Positions 48,388 to 58,203 of a DNA stretch of 64,000 nt are shown one piece after another; the stretch's first letter is position 1; each line of letters starts with the position of its first letter. This DNA comes from Akkermansiaceae bacterium. GTDB lineage: Bacteria > Verrucomicrobiota > Verrucomicrobiia > Verrucomicrobiales > Akkermansiaceae. Below the pieces are notes generated by a model. The model saw only the letters and a program-made list of their open reading frames with translations. It ran no database searches and had not been told where the DNA came from. The translations under genes and the position numbers were made by a program. The stretch is taken from contig JBPOGF010000002.1 of the NCBI GenBank assembly GCA_051251915.1, positions 215,663 to 279,662 on the forward strand, given 5' to 3'.

Positions 48388-49485
48388 ATGAAATTTACTA
48401 TCTCTAAGCAATCATTTATCGACGCGCTTTCACAGGTGCAACATGTGGTTACGAACCGCACAACTCTCCCTATTTTATCGAATGTCTTGATTGAAGCTAA
48501 AGGGGGACAGCTTAAATTAACTACTACTGATTTAGATGTAGGAGTGGTAGGTTCTGTGGAGGCAGAGATTTCTAAAGAAGGTTCTACAACGCTACCTGTT
48601 AAGCGACTTGCGAGCATTATTAGAGAGCTTCCGGCTGAGTTGGTAGAGGTATCTGTGGATAGTAAGAATCATGCGTCTATTAAATGTGGACCTTCATTTT
48701 TCAAGATCATAGGGCTTGGTGAGGACGAGTTTCCTCCACTACCTACATTTGATGATGCTAAAGAATTTAAGATCAGCCAAGAGGTTTTGTTAGATGCTCT
48801 TAAGAAGACGTCTTATGCTATCTCTACTGATGAGACACGTTATGTGCTCAATGGTATTTACGCTTCTTTCAAGGAGGGTAAGATGAGCTTGGTGGCTACT
48901 GATGGTCGTCGTTTGGCGATGGTTGAGAATGACCTAGAATTTCCAGCGAGTAATGAGTGTGATGTGATCATCCCTGCTAAGGCGGTGAATGAGCTTCAGC
49001 GTCTGCTCAAGTCAGAAGGTGATGTAGCGATGCGTCTTAATGACAGCCAGGTTTCATTTGAGATCAATGGTAGCTTGCTTGTATCTAAGCTGATCGAGGG
49101 TAACTATCCGAACTATCGTCAGGTGATACCAAGTAATACAACTGAGCGTGTTGAAGTGGGACGTGAAGCGTTCCTTGAGACTGTGCGACGTGTATCAATT
49201 CTTGCTACAGATAAATCAAATTCAGTCAAACTAGCTTTTGGTCCTAACACAGTTGATGTGATGGCTAATACTCAAGATGTGGGTGAGGCTACAGAGCAGA
49301 TCGATGTGAAGTATGCGGGCAAGGAATTCGCGATCGCATTCAATCCTGAGTTTCTCATGGCGCCGCTTAAGAACCTCAGCACTGAGAATGTGTATATCGA
49401 CATGATTGATGAGATGAGCCCAGGTGTGGTTCGCATCGATGGATCATTCCTTTATGTGATCATGCCAATGAGAGTGACAGGGTAG
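48388..49485 (+). CDS. dnaN: DNA polymerase III beta sliding clamp
   Basis: LPILSNVL, DETRYVLNG, VATDGRRL, SKLIEGNYPNY and YVIMPMR motifs. Confidence 0.99.
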   Translation: MKFTISKQSFIDALSQVQHVVTNRTTLPILSNVLIEAKGGQLKLTTTDLDVGVVGSVEAEISKEGSTTLPVKRLASIIRELPAELVEVSVDSKNHASIKCGPSFFKIIGLGEDEFPPLPTFDDAKEFKISQEVLLDALKKTSYAISTDETRYVLNGIYASFKEGKMSLVATDGRRLAMVENDLEFPASNECDVIIPAKAVNELQRLLKSEGDVAMRLNDSQVSFEINGSLLVSKLIEGNYPNYRQVIPSNTTERVEVGREAFLETVRRVSILATDKSNSVKLAFGPNTVDVMANTQDVGEATEQIDVKYAGKEFAIAFNPEFLMAPLKNLSTENVYIDMIDEMSPGVVRIDGSFLYVIMPMRVTG

Positions 49486-49519
49486 GACAAAGGGAAGGAC
49501 AATTTCAAATCAGTAAATA

Positions 49520-49555
49520 AGAACGCCACTATTCATTATGAGTAGTGGCGTTTTT
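49520..49555. terminator. Terminator between dnaN and the convergent amidase gene
   Basis: AACGCCACTATTCAT/ATGAGTAGTGGCGTT hairpin followed by a T-run. Confidence 0.85.
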
Positions 49556-49603
49556 CTTGGTGTGAGATGAACTCTTAAGTAGAATAAAGTAGAGAGTGAG
49601 AGG

Positions 49604-50608
49604 TTATCTGGCTCCAGAGTTTAGCGCGTTGCGGTAGCGGAAGATGCCTTCGTAGACTGCGGTGGCGATAGTGGCTTGGTATTTAGAGTTTTCGATTAGC
49701 TGACCTTCGGTAGGGTTGCTCATGAAGCCGCCTTCGATGAGGATGGCTGGGTGTTTGATGCCGGAAAGAACACTGAATCTAGCGCGCTTGATGCCACGGT
49801 CAGGGACATTATATCCTTCGACTCGTTCCTTGATGCGGCCGTGGATGGCGGTGGCGAGTGCGATGTTAGCGGAGTCTTGGTAGTTACCGCTGCGGGTTTT
49901 GTAGTCTGAGCTTTTTAGTCCTTTGCCGTAGTGGGCAACTCCAACTGGTGAAAGGGTGAATGTCTCTACTCCGCGGGCGGAGGAGCGGCTGCTGGCATTA
50001 AAGTGGATGGAGATGAAGATGGCATTTGGGTATTTATTGGCGACGGCAACTCGCTGGTTCAGGGTGAGGTAGCGATCAGTATCTCTTGTCATCACTACTT
50101 TGAAACCTTTGGCTTTTAGGCCTGCTCGGAGAGTGCGTGCTACTGCAAGGTTGTAGCGTGCTTCTGTGCCGTATCGGTTTACGGCTCCGGCGTCTTTGCC
50201 GCCGTGACCAGGGTCGATGACGACGGTGTTGAATGATTTGGCGTTGGCTATGTAGCTAGGCTTTAAAATGGGGTCGATCATTTTCTCTACATCCGTTTCT
50301 GAGACTAGGAGTCTGCCTCCGGCTGATGCTACTGATGAGCAGAGACCGAATTTGAGGTTGTTCATGTAGCAAGTTTTGCTGCCTCTGGTGAACTCCATTT
50401 TGATCTTATTATTTCTCAGTTCAATTTTGCCACCTGAGAGAGTCATCTTGGAGAAGCCGTAGTTTGATTTAATGCTTCTAAGGGTGATGTATTTCTGTCC
50501 TTTGATGGTCATTGTTTCTAGTGCTGCCTGCGAGAGAGACATAGAAAAAATGAGCGTAGAAATAAGTGCGAGTATGGTGCGTGTATAGGCGTTAAACCGA
50601 TGAGACAT
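49604..50608 (-). CDS. N-acetylmuramoyl-L-alanine amidase (Amidase_3) with an N-terminal extra domain
   Basis: VIDPGHGGKD, SIHFNA and PAILIEGGFMSN motifs; signal peptide. Confidence 0.93.
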   Translation of the reverse strand: MSHRFNAYTRTILALISTLIFSMSLSQAALETMTIKGQKYITLRSIKSNYGFSKMTLSGGKIELRNNKIKMEFTRGSKTCYMNNLKFGLCSSVASAGGRLLVSETDVEKMIDPILKPSYIANAKSFNTVVIDPGHGGKDAGAVNRYGTEARYNLAVARTLRAGLKAKGFKVVMTRDTDRYLTLNQRVAVANKYPNAIFISIHFNASSRSSARGVETFTLSPVGVAHYGKGLKSSDYKTRSGNYQDSANIALATAIHGRIKERVEGYNVPDRGIKRARFSVLSGIKHPAILIEGGFMSNPTEGQLIENSKYQATIATAVYEGIFRYRNALNSGAR

Positions 50609-50784
50609 AGTTGTAGAATTGGTGTGTGGAACCTGTAAACTAGGGATTTTTTTTAGTCATGGCAAACTCAAAGTTCATTTCTCGTAAAAGCTTAAGGTAG
50701 CTAATTTATCCATGTGCCGATTATTTTTTCATTTGTGGTGGTTATGACAATACAGACGGGGTTTTTTGCGCTACAGTGGTAACA

Positions 50785-53700
50785 ATGCTGAATAAGAAGA
50801 AAGACATCATCACTCCGCTACTCGATCAAGTAAGAGGAACCTCGCTCACTGATGAGCAACTCGCTGAAAAAGCCATTGAACTTGCTAGAGTAATTCTCAT
50901 TTCATCGTCAAAACAGATGAAGTTATCTGAGCGATATCAGGCTTGGAAGATGAACCGGATGATGGATGATCCTTTGGGGAAGGCGTTGACTCTTGCGATG
51001 GCTGACCAGGTTTTCCGGCCAACGACTCATGTGCGCTCGGCGGATCAATTCCGATATTTGGTGGATGAGTATGGGGTGCCAGATTACCTTCCTTTGCATG
51101 AGAAGATAGCGATGCGGGTGGGGGCTTCAGCGTCTGCAGTGGCACCAGAAATAGTGATGCCGGCGGTGACTGCGAAGATGAGGTCTGAGTCAGATAATGT
51201 GATTCTTCCTAGTGAGGATGAGTTGTTGAAGCCTCATTTGCTTAAGCGTCGTAAGTCTGAAACGCGGATGAATATTAATCAACTAGGGGAGGCTATTCTA
51301 GGGGAAGAGGAGGCGACGCATCGCCTGCAGCAGGTGATAGATAGGCTTGAGAGTCCTGAGTGTGAGTATATTTCGGTGAAGATATCCGCCATTTTTTCTC
51401 AGATCAATTTGGTGGCTTATCAGCAGACGCTGGAGGAAATTAAGGAGAGGCTTCGTCTGCTTTACCGGACTTCGATGAAGCATCAGTTTATTCAGCAGGA
51501 TGGAACTAAAACGGCGAAATTTGTGAACTTGGATATGGAAGAATACCGAGATCTTCATTTGACGTGTGATGCGTTTAAGCAAGTTTTGATGGAGAGGGAA
51601 TTTGTGAAGATGCGTGCGGGGATTGTTCTGCAGGCGTATTTGCCGGATTCATTTGAGGTGCAGAAGGATTTGACTGTTTGGGCTAGGTCTAGGGTTAGTA
51701 GTGGTGGTGCGGGGATAAAGATACGTATTGTGAAGGGGGCTAATTTGGCGATGGAGAGTGTGGAGGCTAGTATTCATGATTGGGCGCAAGCTCCTTACAC
51801 TAATAAGCTGGATGTTGATGCTAATTATAAGCGGATGGTTGAGTATGGTAGCCAGCCTGATCATGCTGAGGTGGTGAATCTTGGAGTGGCGTCTCATAAT
51901 CTTTTTGAGATATCGTACGCGCTGTTGCTCCGAGCTATGCATGGGGTTGACGAGTATGTTGAGTTTGAAATGTTAGAGGGGATGGCGAACCATCAGGCTC
52001 GGGCTGTGCAGAAGTCGGCAAATGGGATGTTGCTTTATGCTCCGGTGGTGAAGAAGGAGGATTTCCATTCTGCTATTTCTTATCTTGTTAGGAGGCTGGA
52101 TGAGAACACAGCGGAGCAAAATTTCCTGCATGATCTCTTCGGGATGAGGCCGGGGTGTCCGCTGTGGGATAAGCAAAAGGCAATGTTCCTTGCTGCTTGT
52201 AAGAAGAAGGACCGTGTGCAATCTGAGCCTAACAGAAATCAGAATCGAGAGACTGAGAGTCATGTTGTGGATTACTCAGAGCGTTTTGAGAATGCGGCGG
52301 ATACTGACTGGTCGCTGCGGCATAATCAGAACTGGGCGTTGAAGAGTGTGCGTGATTTTGATGGTGTAGAGATTTCCACTGTTCCGATAGTGATCAATGG
52401 CGAGACGCTGATTACATCCGATCTTGGGACTGGTAGAGATCCATCTAGGAATGTTGATACTTACCAGTTTTCATTTGCTAGCCAAGATCAGGTGATGATG
52501 GCGCTGGATGTGGCGGAGAAGTGTCAACCGGCATGGGAGGGACTAGGGATAGAAGCTAGGGGTAAGATTTTGAAAGATGTGGCTATTGAGTTGGCGAACT
52601 GCCGAGCTGAGGCGATATCTGTGATGGTGATGGATGCGGGTAAGGCGATTCCTGAGGGGGACGCTGAGCTTAGTGAGGCGATAGATTTTGCGAACTATTA
52701 TGCGGAGAGTCTGGGTTGGGATGGGATGTTTGATGGCTCGGAAATGAAGGCACTAGGGGTTGTGGTGATTACGCCGCCGTGGAATTTCCCGTTTGCGATT
52801 CCTTGTGGGGGGATTCTGGCTGCATTGATGGCTGGAAATTCTGTGATTATGAAGCCACCTGTTGAGACAGTTTTGACTGCTTGGGTGATGGTGAATATGC
52901 TCTGGGATGCTGGGGTGCCGCGCGATGTGTTGCAGTTTGTGACCTGTCCTAATAATGAAATAGGGAGATCACTGGTGACTGATCCGAGAGTTGGATCGGT
53001 GGTTCTGACGGGTGCTTTTGAGACTGGGAGAATGTTCCAAGATTGGAACCCTAACATGCGACTTATTGCTGAGACGTCTGGTAAAAATTCATTGATCATT
53101 ACGAATGCTGCTGATCCTGATCAAGCGGTGAAGGATCTGGTTAAAGGATCATTTGGTCATGCAGGGCAGAAGTGTTCGGCATCGTCGTTGGCTATTATTG
53201 AGGCTGATCTTTATGATAATCCTGCATTTATACGCCAGCTTAGAGATGCTGCGGCTTCTTTGACTGTTGGCTCATCTTGGGATCCGGCATCGATTGTTAC
53301 GCCAGTGGTTCGTCCTCCTGGGCGGGAGTTGCATCGTGCGCTTACGAGGTTAGAGGAAGGTGAGGAGTGGTTGTTAGAGCCTAAGATGATTGATGAGAAT
53401 CCTTGTCTTTGGTCTCCAGGGATAAAGCTAGGGACTAGGCCGGGGAGTTGGTATTGTAAAACTGAGTGTTTTGGTCCTGTGTTGGGGCTTGTGAGAGCTA
53501 GAGATCTTCAGCATGCGATGGAGATTCAGAATGATTCTGATTTCGGGCTGACTGGGGGGATTCATACATTGGATACACGTGAGATAGAGTTATGGCGTGA
53601 TCAGGTGGAGGTGGGGAATGCTTATATTAACCGATCTATTACGGGTGCTATTGTTAGAAGGCAACCTTTTGGTGGGTGGAAGAATTCATGTTTTGGTCCG

Positions 53701-54333
53701 GGAGCTAAAGCTGGTGGGCCTAACTACGTGGCGTTGTTTGGGGATTGGTCACAGGTGTCTGATCCGAAATTAGTGGCTCAGGTAAATGATGAGATTTCTG
53801 ATTACGCCACTGGTCTGAGTCAGGATTTAAATCTTGATCAGGATGCTCTGATGGCTGCTGCAGGAAGTTATATTTATTGGTGGGAGCGGGAATTCTCTAT
53901 TGAGCATGATCCGACTCAATTACTAGGTGAGGACAATCATTTCCGCTATCGTAGGCTGCGTAGAATTTTAGTGAGGGGTGACTCTATGAGTGATCTGGAG
54001 CTCGCGTTAGTGTTGCTTGCTGGAAAAGTGTTAGACGTGGCAGTAGACATCAGTCTTGGCGTTGAAAGGGAAGGGATAGATGCGGTGATTGAGTCTGAGG
54101 CTGTGTTGTGTGAGCGACTGGAAAGTGTGAATAAATTTTACAATAGCTTGCGTGCACCAAATGCGAGTGATGATTTACGCCGTGCTGCTAATGATGCTCG
54201 TATTCAGGTCATTGGTTGGGAAGCAATCAGCAATGGCAGAATAGAATTACTTCATTACCTTAGAGAGCAGTCTGTTTCAGAAACAACGCACCGTTATGGG
54301 AATATTATTCCTAAGCCTGAGGACTGCATGTAG
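50785..54333 (+). CDS. putA: Bifunctional proline dehydrogenase / P5C dehydrogenase
   Basis: NLDMEEY, RIVKGAN, YLVRRLDEN, PWNFP, AETSGKN, GQKCSA and ECFGPVL motifs. Confidence 0.97.
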   Translation: MLNKKKDIITPLLDQVRGTSLTDEQLAEKAIELARVILISSSKQMKLSERYQAWKMNRMMDDPLGKALTLAMADQVFRPTTHVRSADQFRYLVDEYGVPDYLPLHEKIAMRVGASASAVAPEIVMPAVTAKMRSESDNVILPSEDELLKPHLLKRRKSETRMNINQLGEAILGEEEATHRLQQVIDRLESPECEYISVKISAIFSQINLVAYQQTLEEIKERLRLLYRTSMKHQFIQQDGTKTAKFVNLDMEEYRDLHLTCDAFKQVLMEREFVKMRAGIVLQAYLPDSFEVQKDLTVWARSRVSSGGAGIKIRIVKGANLAMESVEASIHDWAQAPYTNKLDVDANYKRMVEYGSQPDHAEVVNLGVASHNLFEISYALLLRAMHGVDEYVEFEMLEGMANHQARAVQKSANGMLLYAPVVKKEDFHSAISYLVRRLDENTAEQNFLHDLFGMRPGCPLWDKQKAMFLAACKKKDRVQSEPNRNQNRETESHVVDYSERFENAADTDWSLRHNQNWALKSVRDFDGVEISTVPIVINGETLITSDLGTGRDPSRNVDTYQFSFASQDQVMMALDVAEKCQPAWEGLGIEARGKILKDVAIELANCRAEAISVMVMDAGKAIPEGDAELSEAIDFANYYAESLGWDGMFDGSEMKALGVVVITPPWNFPFAIPCGGILAALMAGNSVIMKPPVETVLTAWVMVNMLWDAGVPRDVLQFVTCPNNEIGRSLVTDPRVGSVVLTGAFETGRMFQDWNPNMRLIAETSGKNSLIITNAADPDQAVKDLVKGSFGHAGQKCSASSLAIIEADLYDNPAFIRQLRDAAASLTVGSSWDPASIVTPVVRPPGRELHRALTRLEEGEEWLLEPKMIDENPCLWSPGIKLGTRPGSWYCKTECFGPVLGLVRARDLQHAMEIQNDSDFGLTGGIHTLDTREIELWRDQVEVGNAYINRSITGAIVRRQPFGGWKNSCFGPGAKAGGPNYVALFGDWSQVSDPKLVAQVNDEISDYATGLSQDLNLDQDALMAAAGSYIYWWEREFSIEHDPTQLLGEDNHFRYRRLRRILVRGDSMSDLELALVLLAGKVLDVAVDISLGVEREGIDAVIESEAVLCERLESVNKFYNSLRAPNASDDLRRAANDARIQVIGWEAISNGRIELLHYLREQSVSETTHRYGNIIPKPEDCM

Positions 54334-54343
54334 TGGGTGAAAA

Positions 54344-55039
54344 CTAAGATGAGGTGGGGTGGCAGAGAGAATTTTCTGCCCACTTAAGGCTGGGATGTAG
54401 GTCGTCTTTTCTTGCGTATTCGAGATGAATGACTCTGCGTCGATTTTTGCCTGGTAGTGAAGATCTGCGTGAAGAGTGGAGCAGGAGTGGTTTCATTAGT
54501 AGAATATCTCCGGATAGGCACTCGCAAACTACTTCATTATTTTGTGCGTGCTTGGTTACTTCATTCGTAGGGATTTTACCTAGTAAATGGCTTTTAGGGA
54601 TGACTCTTAGAGCGCCGTTTGTGGCTGGGGTGTCATCTAGGTGGAGACGTATGGTTACCATGTTGTCTAGCAGTTTTTTAGGAGGCTGGACGTGTGGGAG
54701 TTTGTCTTTTAGTGACCATCTGCCGTATCCGTCAATCTGCTTTTGTTTGGTGACTGTGATGGTGAGGTCTTGGTGCCATGTTACTGCCCAGTTCTCGTTT
54801 TGACTTTTGTCGAAGAGAATGCTCCTAACAGGGATCATGCTGGTAGGTAGTAGGTTGAGTAATAGCGGGGATAGGGAAAGTTTATTGATGAGGTCTGACC
54901 GTTTTCTTAAGTGTCTGACGCAGGATGTCCCTGTTTCGTTGACGATGCGATCGGCTTCCAGGCGGAAGAGTTCAATTTGTTTGCTAGAAATAATGGCGGG
55001 CTGAATGGTGAAGCCGTCCGATTCTAGAGGGGTGATCAT
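54344..55039 (-). CDS. Phytanoyl-CoA dioxygenase family Fe(II)/2OG protein
   Basis: WHQD, HLDD...NGALRVIP.SH, LLLHSS and RRVIHLEY motifs. Confidence 0.9.
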   Translation of the reverse strand: MITPLESDGFTIQPAIISSKQIELFRLEADRIVNETGTSCVRHLRKRSDLINKLSLSPLLLNLLPTSMIPVRSILFDKSQNENWAVTWHQDLTITVTKQKQIDGYGRWSLKDKLPHVQPPKKLLDNMVTIRLHLDDTPATNGALRVIPKSHLLGKIPTNEVTKHAQNNEVVCECLSGDILLMKPLLLHSSRRSSLPGKNRRRVIHLEYARKDDLHPSLKWAENSLCHPTSS

Positions 55040-55116
55040 TTGAAAAATGGAGGAGGGAGAGGATATCCACGCTTCCTGGATTATTAGGGAACGTGGATGC
55101 TGTTTTTTGTGATTTG

Positions 55117-58092
55117 TTACTTCGCTGACTTGTCCATGGACTTCATGTAGGCGATGAGGTCGGCGAATTCTTTTAGGGTGAGATCATCGCAGAGGTGGAG
55201 GCTCATCATGTTAAGGCCTGGCTCTGTTTTGGCTACTTGTGTGGCATCGAGTGTGGCTGGGATGCCGGCGATGTTGTGCAGGATAATTTCTTTGTCGTCT
55301 TGTTTGACGAGGGTTCCCATTTGGTTTGAGCCGTCTTTCATGGTGATGCTTACCCAGCTTTTGGCGATGGTAGCGCCTGGTTTGATGATGGCTTCTGCTA
55401 GATCCGCATTTTTCATGTTGCCTAGTTTGGTGAGGTCTGGGCCTTTGACTGGGTCACCGAGTTTGGTGGCGTGACATGCGATGCAGCCGACTTTGTTGAT
55501 CACCTTTGCTCCATTTGCTGGGTTGCCTTTATTGTTAGTGACGTGGATGACGATGTCTTCGATGGATGTGGTTCCGATTTTCTTGACTACTTTGCCGCCT
55601 TTGGATGGGCGTGGGTTGAGCTCGGGAACGTAGGCTCTGTTCTTTTTGAGCTTGGTTACGAGTTCGGCTTTTGCATCGGTGTCGAGTTGAGCGTTGTGGT
55701 TGTTGATGAAGCTAGAGATTTTCGGTGTGGCGCTCCAGTCAACTGGGTAGAAGTATGGACCGTGTGGGTCTGGGCGTGTGGACCACCATGTTGAGCCATC
55801 GTAGTCGACTTCTTTTTGGTGAAGGCGGATGAGGGTGTCTACGATGAGTGGTTTGAGTGCTGAGTCTTTCTCTGCTGCAGTGATGAGTGCGTCTACGACT
55901 TTGTCACTGTGCATGAACTTCATGGCTGCTAGTGCGCCGCGCTGCATGTTTTCGTCTGCTGAGCTTAGTGCTGCGATGCAGGCGTCCTGAGCGTCTAGCT
56001 TCAAGAGTGTTTGGGTAGCGATGTGTGGTAGGATGATGGCTGAGTTCGGAGTGGAGTGAATTTTCTCAATCTTACCCGCTTGTGACGGGTCTGGTGAGCG
56101 TGAGACGATGAACTTGGCTGAGCCTTTAGGGTCTGTGAGGATGCCTGTGGCTTTGAAAGTGACGGCTTTGGCCGGCATTTTGTAGGCGATGACGCTGTTG
56201 GCGTGTGTGCCGATGCCTTTGGCTCCGTTAGGTAGCGGTTTGCCGTAGGCGGTTTTGTTGATGAGGGTTTTGGCGAAGTCTTGTTTGGTAGATTTCCATT
56301 TGTAGTTGGTCATGTCAGTGGATTTGCCAAATTTCTGAACGACTACTGGGTTGATCCAAGCAACGTGGTCGTTGTGGTTATCTGCGCCGCCTTCTACGAT
56401 GAGGTAGAGTTCTTTGTAGGTGCTGATATCTACTTCGATGTCTACGGTTTGATTACCGGTGATTTCGATGCTTTTGCCGTCTGCCTCATTGTCAGAGAGT
56501 TCGACTTTCACTGTTGGTGGCACTGCTTTTTCGATGAGTAGTGAGACTGCTGATGGATCGCCTACTCTGCCGAGGGCGACTGCTGCGGCTACCTGGACTC
56601 TAGGCTCTGGGTCATTGAGTGCTGTTTTGATGAGGTTGAGGTCTGCTTGTTTCGCTGTTTTAAGGCGATCAGCCATTGCGCGGATGCATTGTTCTTTGAT
56701 GCTGGCGTCTGCTGAGAGCTTGCTGAGGGCTGCATTTGAGTCTGTGTTGAGTTGATTGGCGAGCTGAGCGTAGGTGAAGATTGCAGCGACTCTGCCTTCC
56801 TTAGAAACGGTGGTGTCAGCGGCGATAGCTTCTACGTGGGGAAGGTATGCCATGTGGTTTCTGCGGAGAATTTCTTGCTGGGCGTAGACTCTGGCGGTGG
56901 AGCTAGCAGTCTTGAGAAGATTTACTAGGTCTGTAGCTGATAGTTTGGTGAGTTCGGGGAATTTGTTATATTTCCAGTTTTTAGGAGTGACGATGGAGAC
57001 GAATCCTTTGTTAGGGTTTCCGCTGTATCCGGCACCATCCCATGCGGAGATGTACATTCTGCCTGAGGCGTCGACGTCCATGTCTGTGACTTGTGAGCAG
57101 CCGATGAAGTCTTCTGGCTCGTTAGTGAATGATGCGCCGTCTTTTTCTACTCTGTGGATGTAGATGTGGGAGCGTCCCCAGTCGGTCATCATGAAGGTTT
57201 TGTTGTATTTTTCTGGCCAGCCTGGCTCTTCAAAATACATGTTACCACAACCTGAGCCACCGCCGTATTCGCCGAGGGCGGGGAGGATGTCTTCAGGGAA
57301 ATTTGTGTAGAGGCTAGGGTAGCCGTATTCGCCATTTTGGATGTAGTGGCTGAAACGTGTCCACCAGCCGACACCGTCGTTGGTGTTTTCTCTGGTGACT
57401 ACGTTCATGAATGGGTCGATGGCTACATCGTAGACGTTACGGGTGCCGTGGATGAAGGTTTCCATTTCTGAGCCGTCTGGACGGACGCGGACGATGCCAC
57501 CGCCGTGCATGCTGAGTTTGGTGCCGTCTGTTCCCTCTGCTCCTACGAAGCCGAAGTCACCGATGCTGATGTAGATCCAGCCGTCGATTCCGAGACGGAT
57601 GTTGTTCGTTGAGTGGTCAGCGCCACGGCTTTTGATGAATTTTGGGTTACCGATGTTGGTGACGAGTGGCTTGGCTGGGCCGTCTGCTACGCCGTCGTTG
57701 TCAGCGTCTACGTAAACTGAGAGTTGCTGGGTGTCGATCTTGCCGTTTTTCTGGGTGCTGTGAAGGACGATGAGTCTGTCGCCGATGGAGAGGATTCCAC
57801 GAGGGTTGTCCATTTTAGCGAAGACGGTGCGTTTATCTGCTTTGCCGTCGTTATTGGTATCGAGTAATTTAGCAACGTAGCCTTGGTTAGGCTTCTTTCC
57901 GAGTGAGCCCTGCATGTCTACACCGACGAAAACGTCACCGTATGGTGAGGCGGCGATGACTGCTGGACACGGGGTCATTTTTGGGCCAGCAAATAGTTGA
58001 GTTTCTAGCTCAGCGGGCACCGTGGTGGTGCCGGCGACGGCGGAAAAAGCACTTAACGAAGAGATAAGTGAAGTGATGATCGTTTTCTTCAT
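55117..58092 (-). CDS. PVC-type dehydrogenase-like protein: beta-propeller, HEAT repeats, NPCBM-like module and cytochrome c
   Basis: Signal peptide; DTNNDGKAD, GIDGWIYISIGD and HGTRNVYD motifs; HEAT-like DPEPRVQVAAAVALGR; GIGTHA and DHVAW; CIACH heme motif. Confidence 0.88.
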   Translation of the reverse strand: MKKTIITSLISSLSAFSAVAGTTTVPAELETQLFAGPKMTPCPAVIAASPYGDVFVGVDMQGSLGKKPNQGYVAKLLDTNNDGKADKRTVFAKMDNPRGILSIGDRLIVLHSTQKNGKIDTQQLSVYVDADNDGVADGPAKPLVTNIGNPKFIKSRGADHSTNNIRLGIDGWIYISIGDFGFVGAEGTDGTKLSMHGGGIVRVRPDGSEMETFIHGTRNVYDVAIDPFMNVVTRENTNDGVGWWTRFSHYIQNGEYGYPSLYTNFPEDILPALGEYGGGSGCGNMYFEEPGWPEKYNKTFMMTDWGRSHIYIHRVEKDGASFTNEPEDFIGCSQVTDMDVDASGRMYISAWDGAGYSGNPNKGFVSIVTPKNWKYNKFPELTKLSATDLVNLLKTASSTARVYAQQEILRRNHMAYLPHVEAIAADTTVSKEGRVAAIFTYAQLANQLNTDSNAALSKLSADASIKEQCIRAMADRLKTAKQADLNLIKTALNDPEPRVQVAAAVALGRVGDPSAVSLLIEKAVPPTVKVELSDNEADGKSIEITGNQTVDIEVDISTYKELYLIVEGGADNHNDHVAWINPVVVQKFGKSTDMTNYKWKSTKQDFAKTLINKTAYGKPLPNGAKGIGTHANSVIAYKMPAKAVTFKATGILTDPKGSAKFIVSRSPDPSQAGKIEKIHSTPNSAIILPHIATQTLLKLDAQDACIAALSSADENMQRGALAAMKFMHSDKVVDALITAAEKDSALKPLIVDTLIRLHQKEVDYDGSTWWSTRPDPHGPYFYPVDWSATPKISSFINNHNAQLDTDAKAELVTKLKKNRAYVPELNPRPSKGGKVVKKIGTTSIEDIVIHVTNNKGNPANGAKVINKVGCIACHATKLGDPVKGPDLTKLGNMKNADLAEAIIKPGATIAKSWVSITMKDGSNQMGTLVKQDDKEIILHNIAGIPATLDATQVAKTEPGLNMMSLHLCDDLTLKEFADLIAYMKSMDKSAK

Positions 58093-58138
58093 GACAATAA
58101 TACTAGCCTTGGTGACAAATCTATCAAGTTCACAAAGT

Positions 58139-58174
58139 AAAAAAAAAGGAGCAGCCTTGAATAGGCTAACTCCT
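58139..58174 (-). terminator. Rho-independent terminator
   Basis: A9 followed by the GGAG.AGCCT...AGGCT..CTCC hairpin (U-tract on the - strand). Confidence 0.7.
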
Positions 58175-58203
58175 GATTGAAATTGTATTATTTGGGTTCC
58201 GCT

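Noticed and set aside
55044..55088. Hairpin ATCCACG...CGTGGAT as terminator of the 55117-58092 gene
   Set aside because: The adjacent T-run is on the wrong strand for that gene; role unclear
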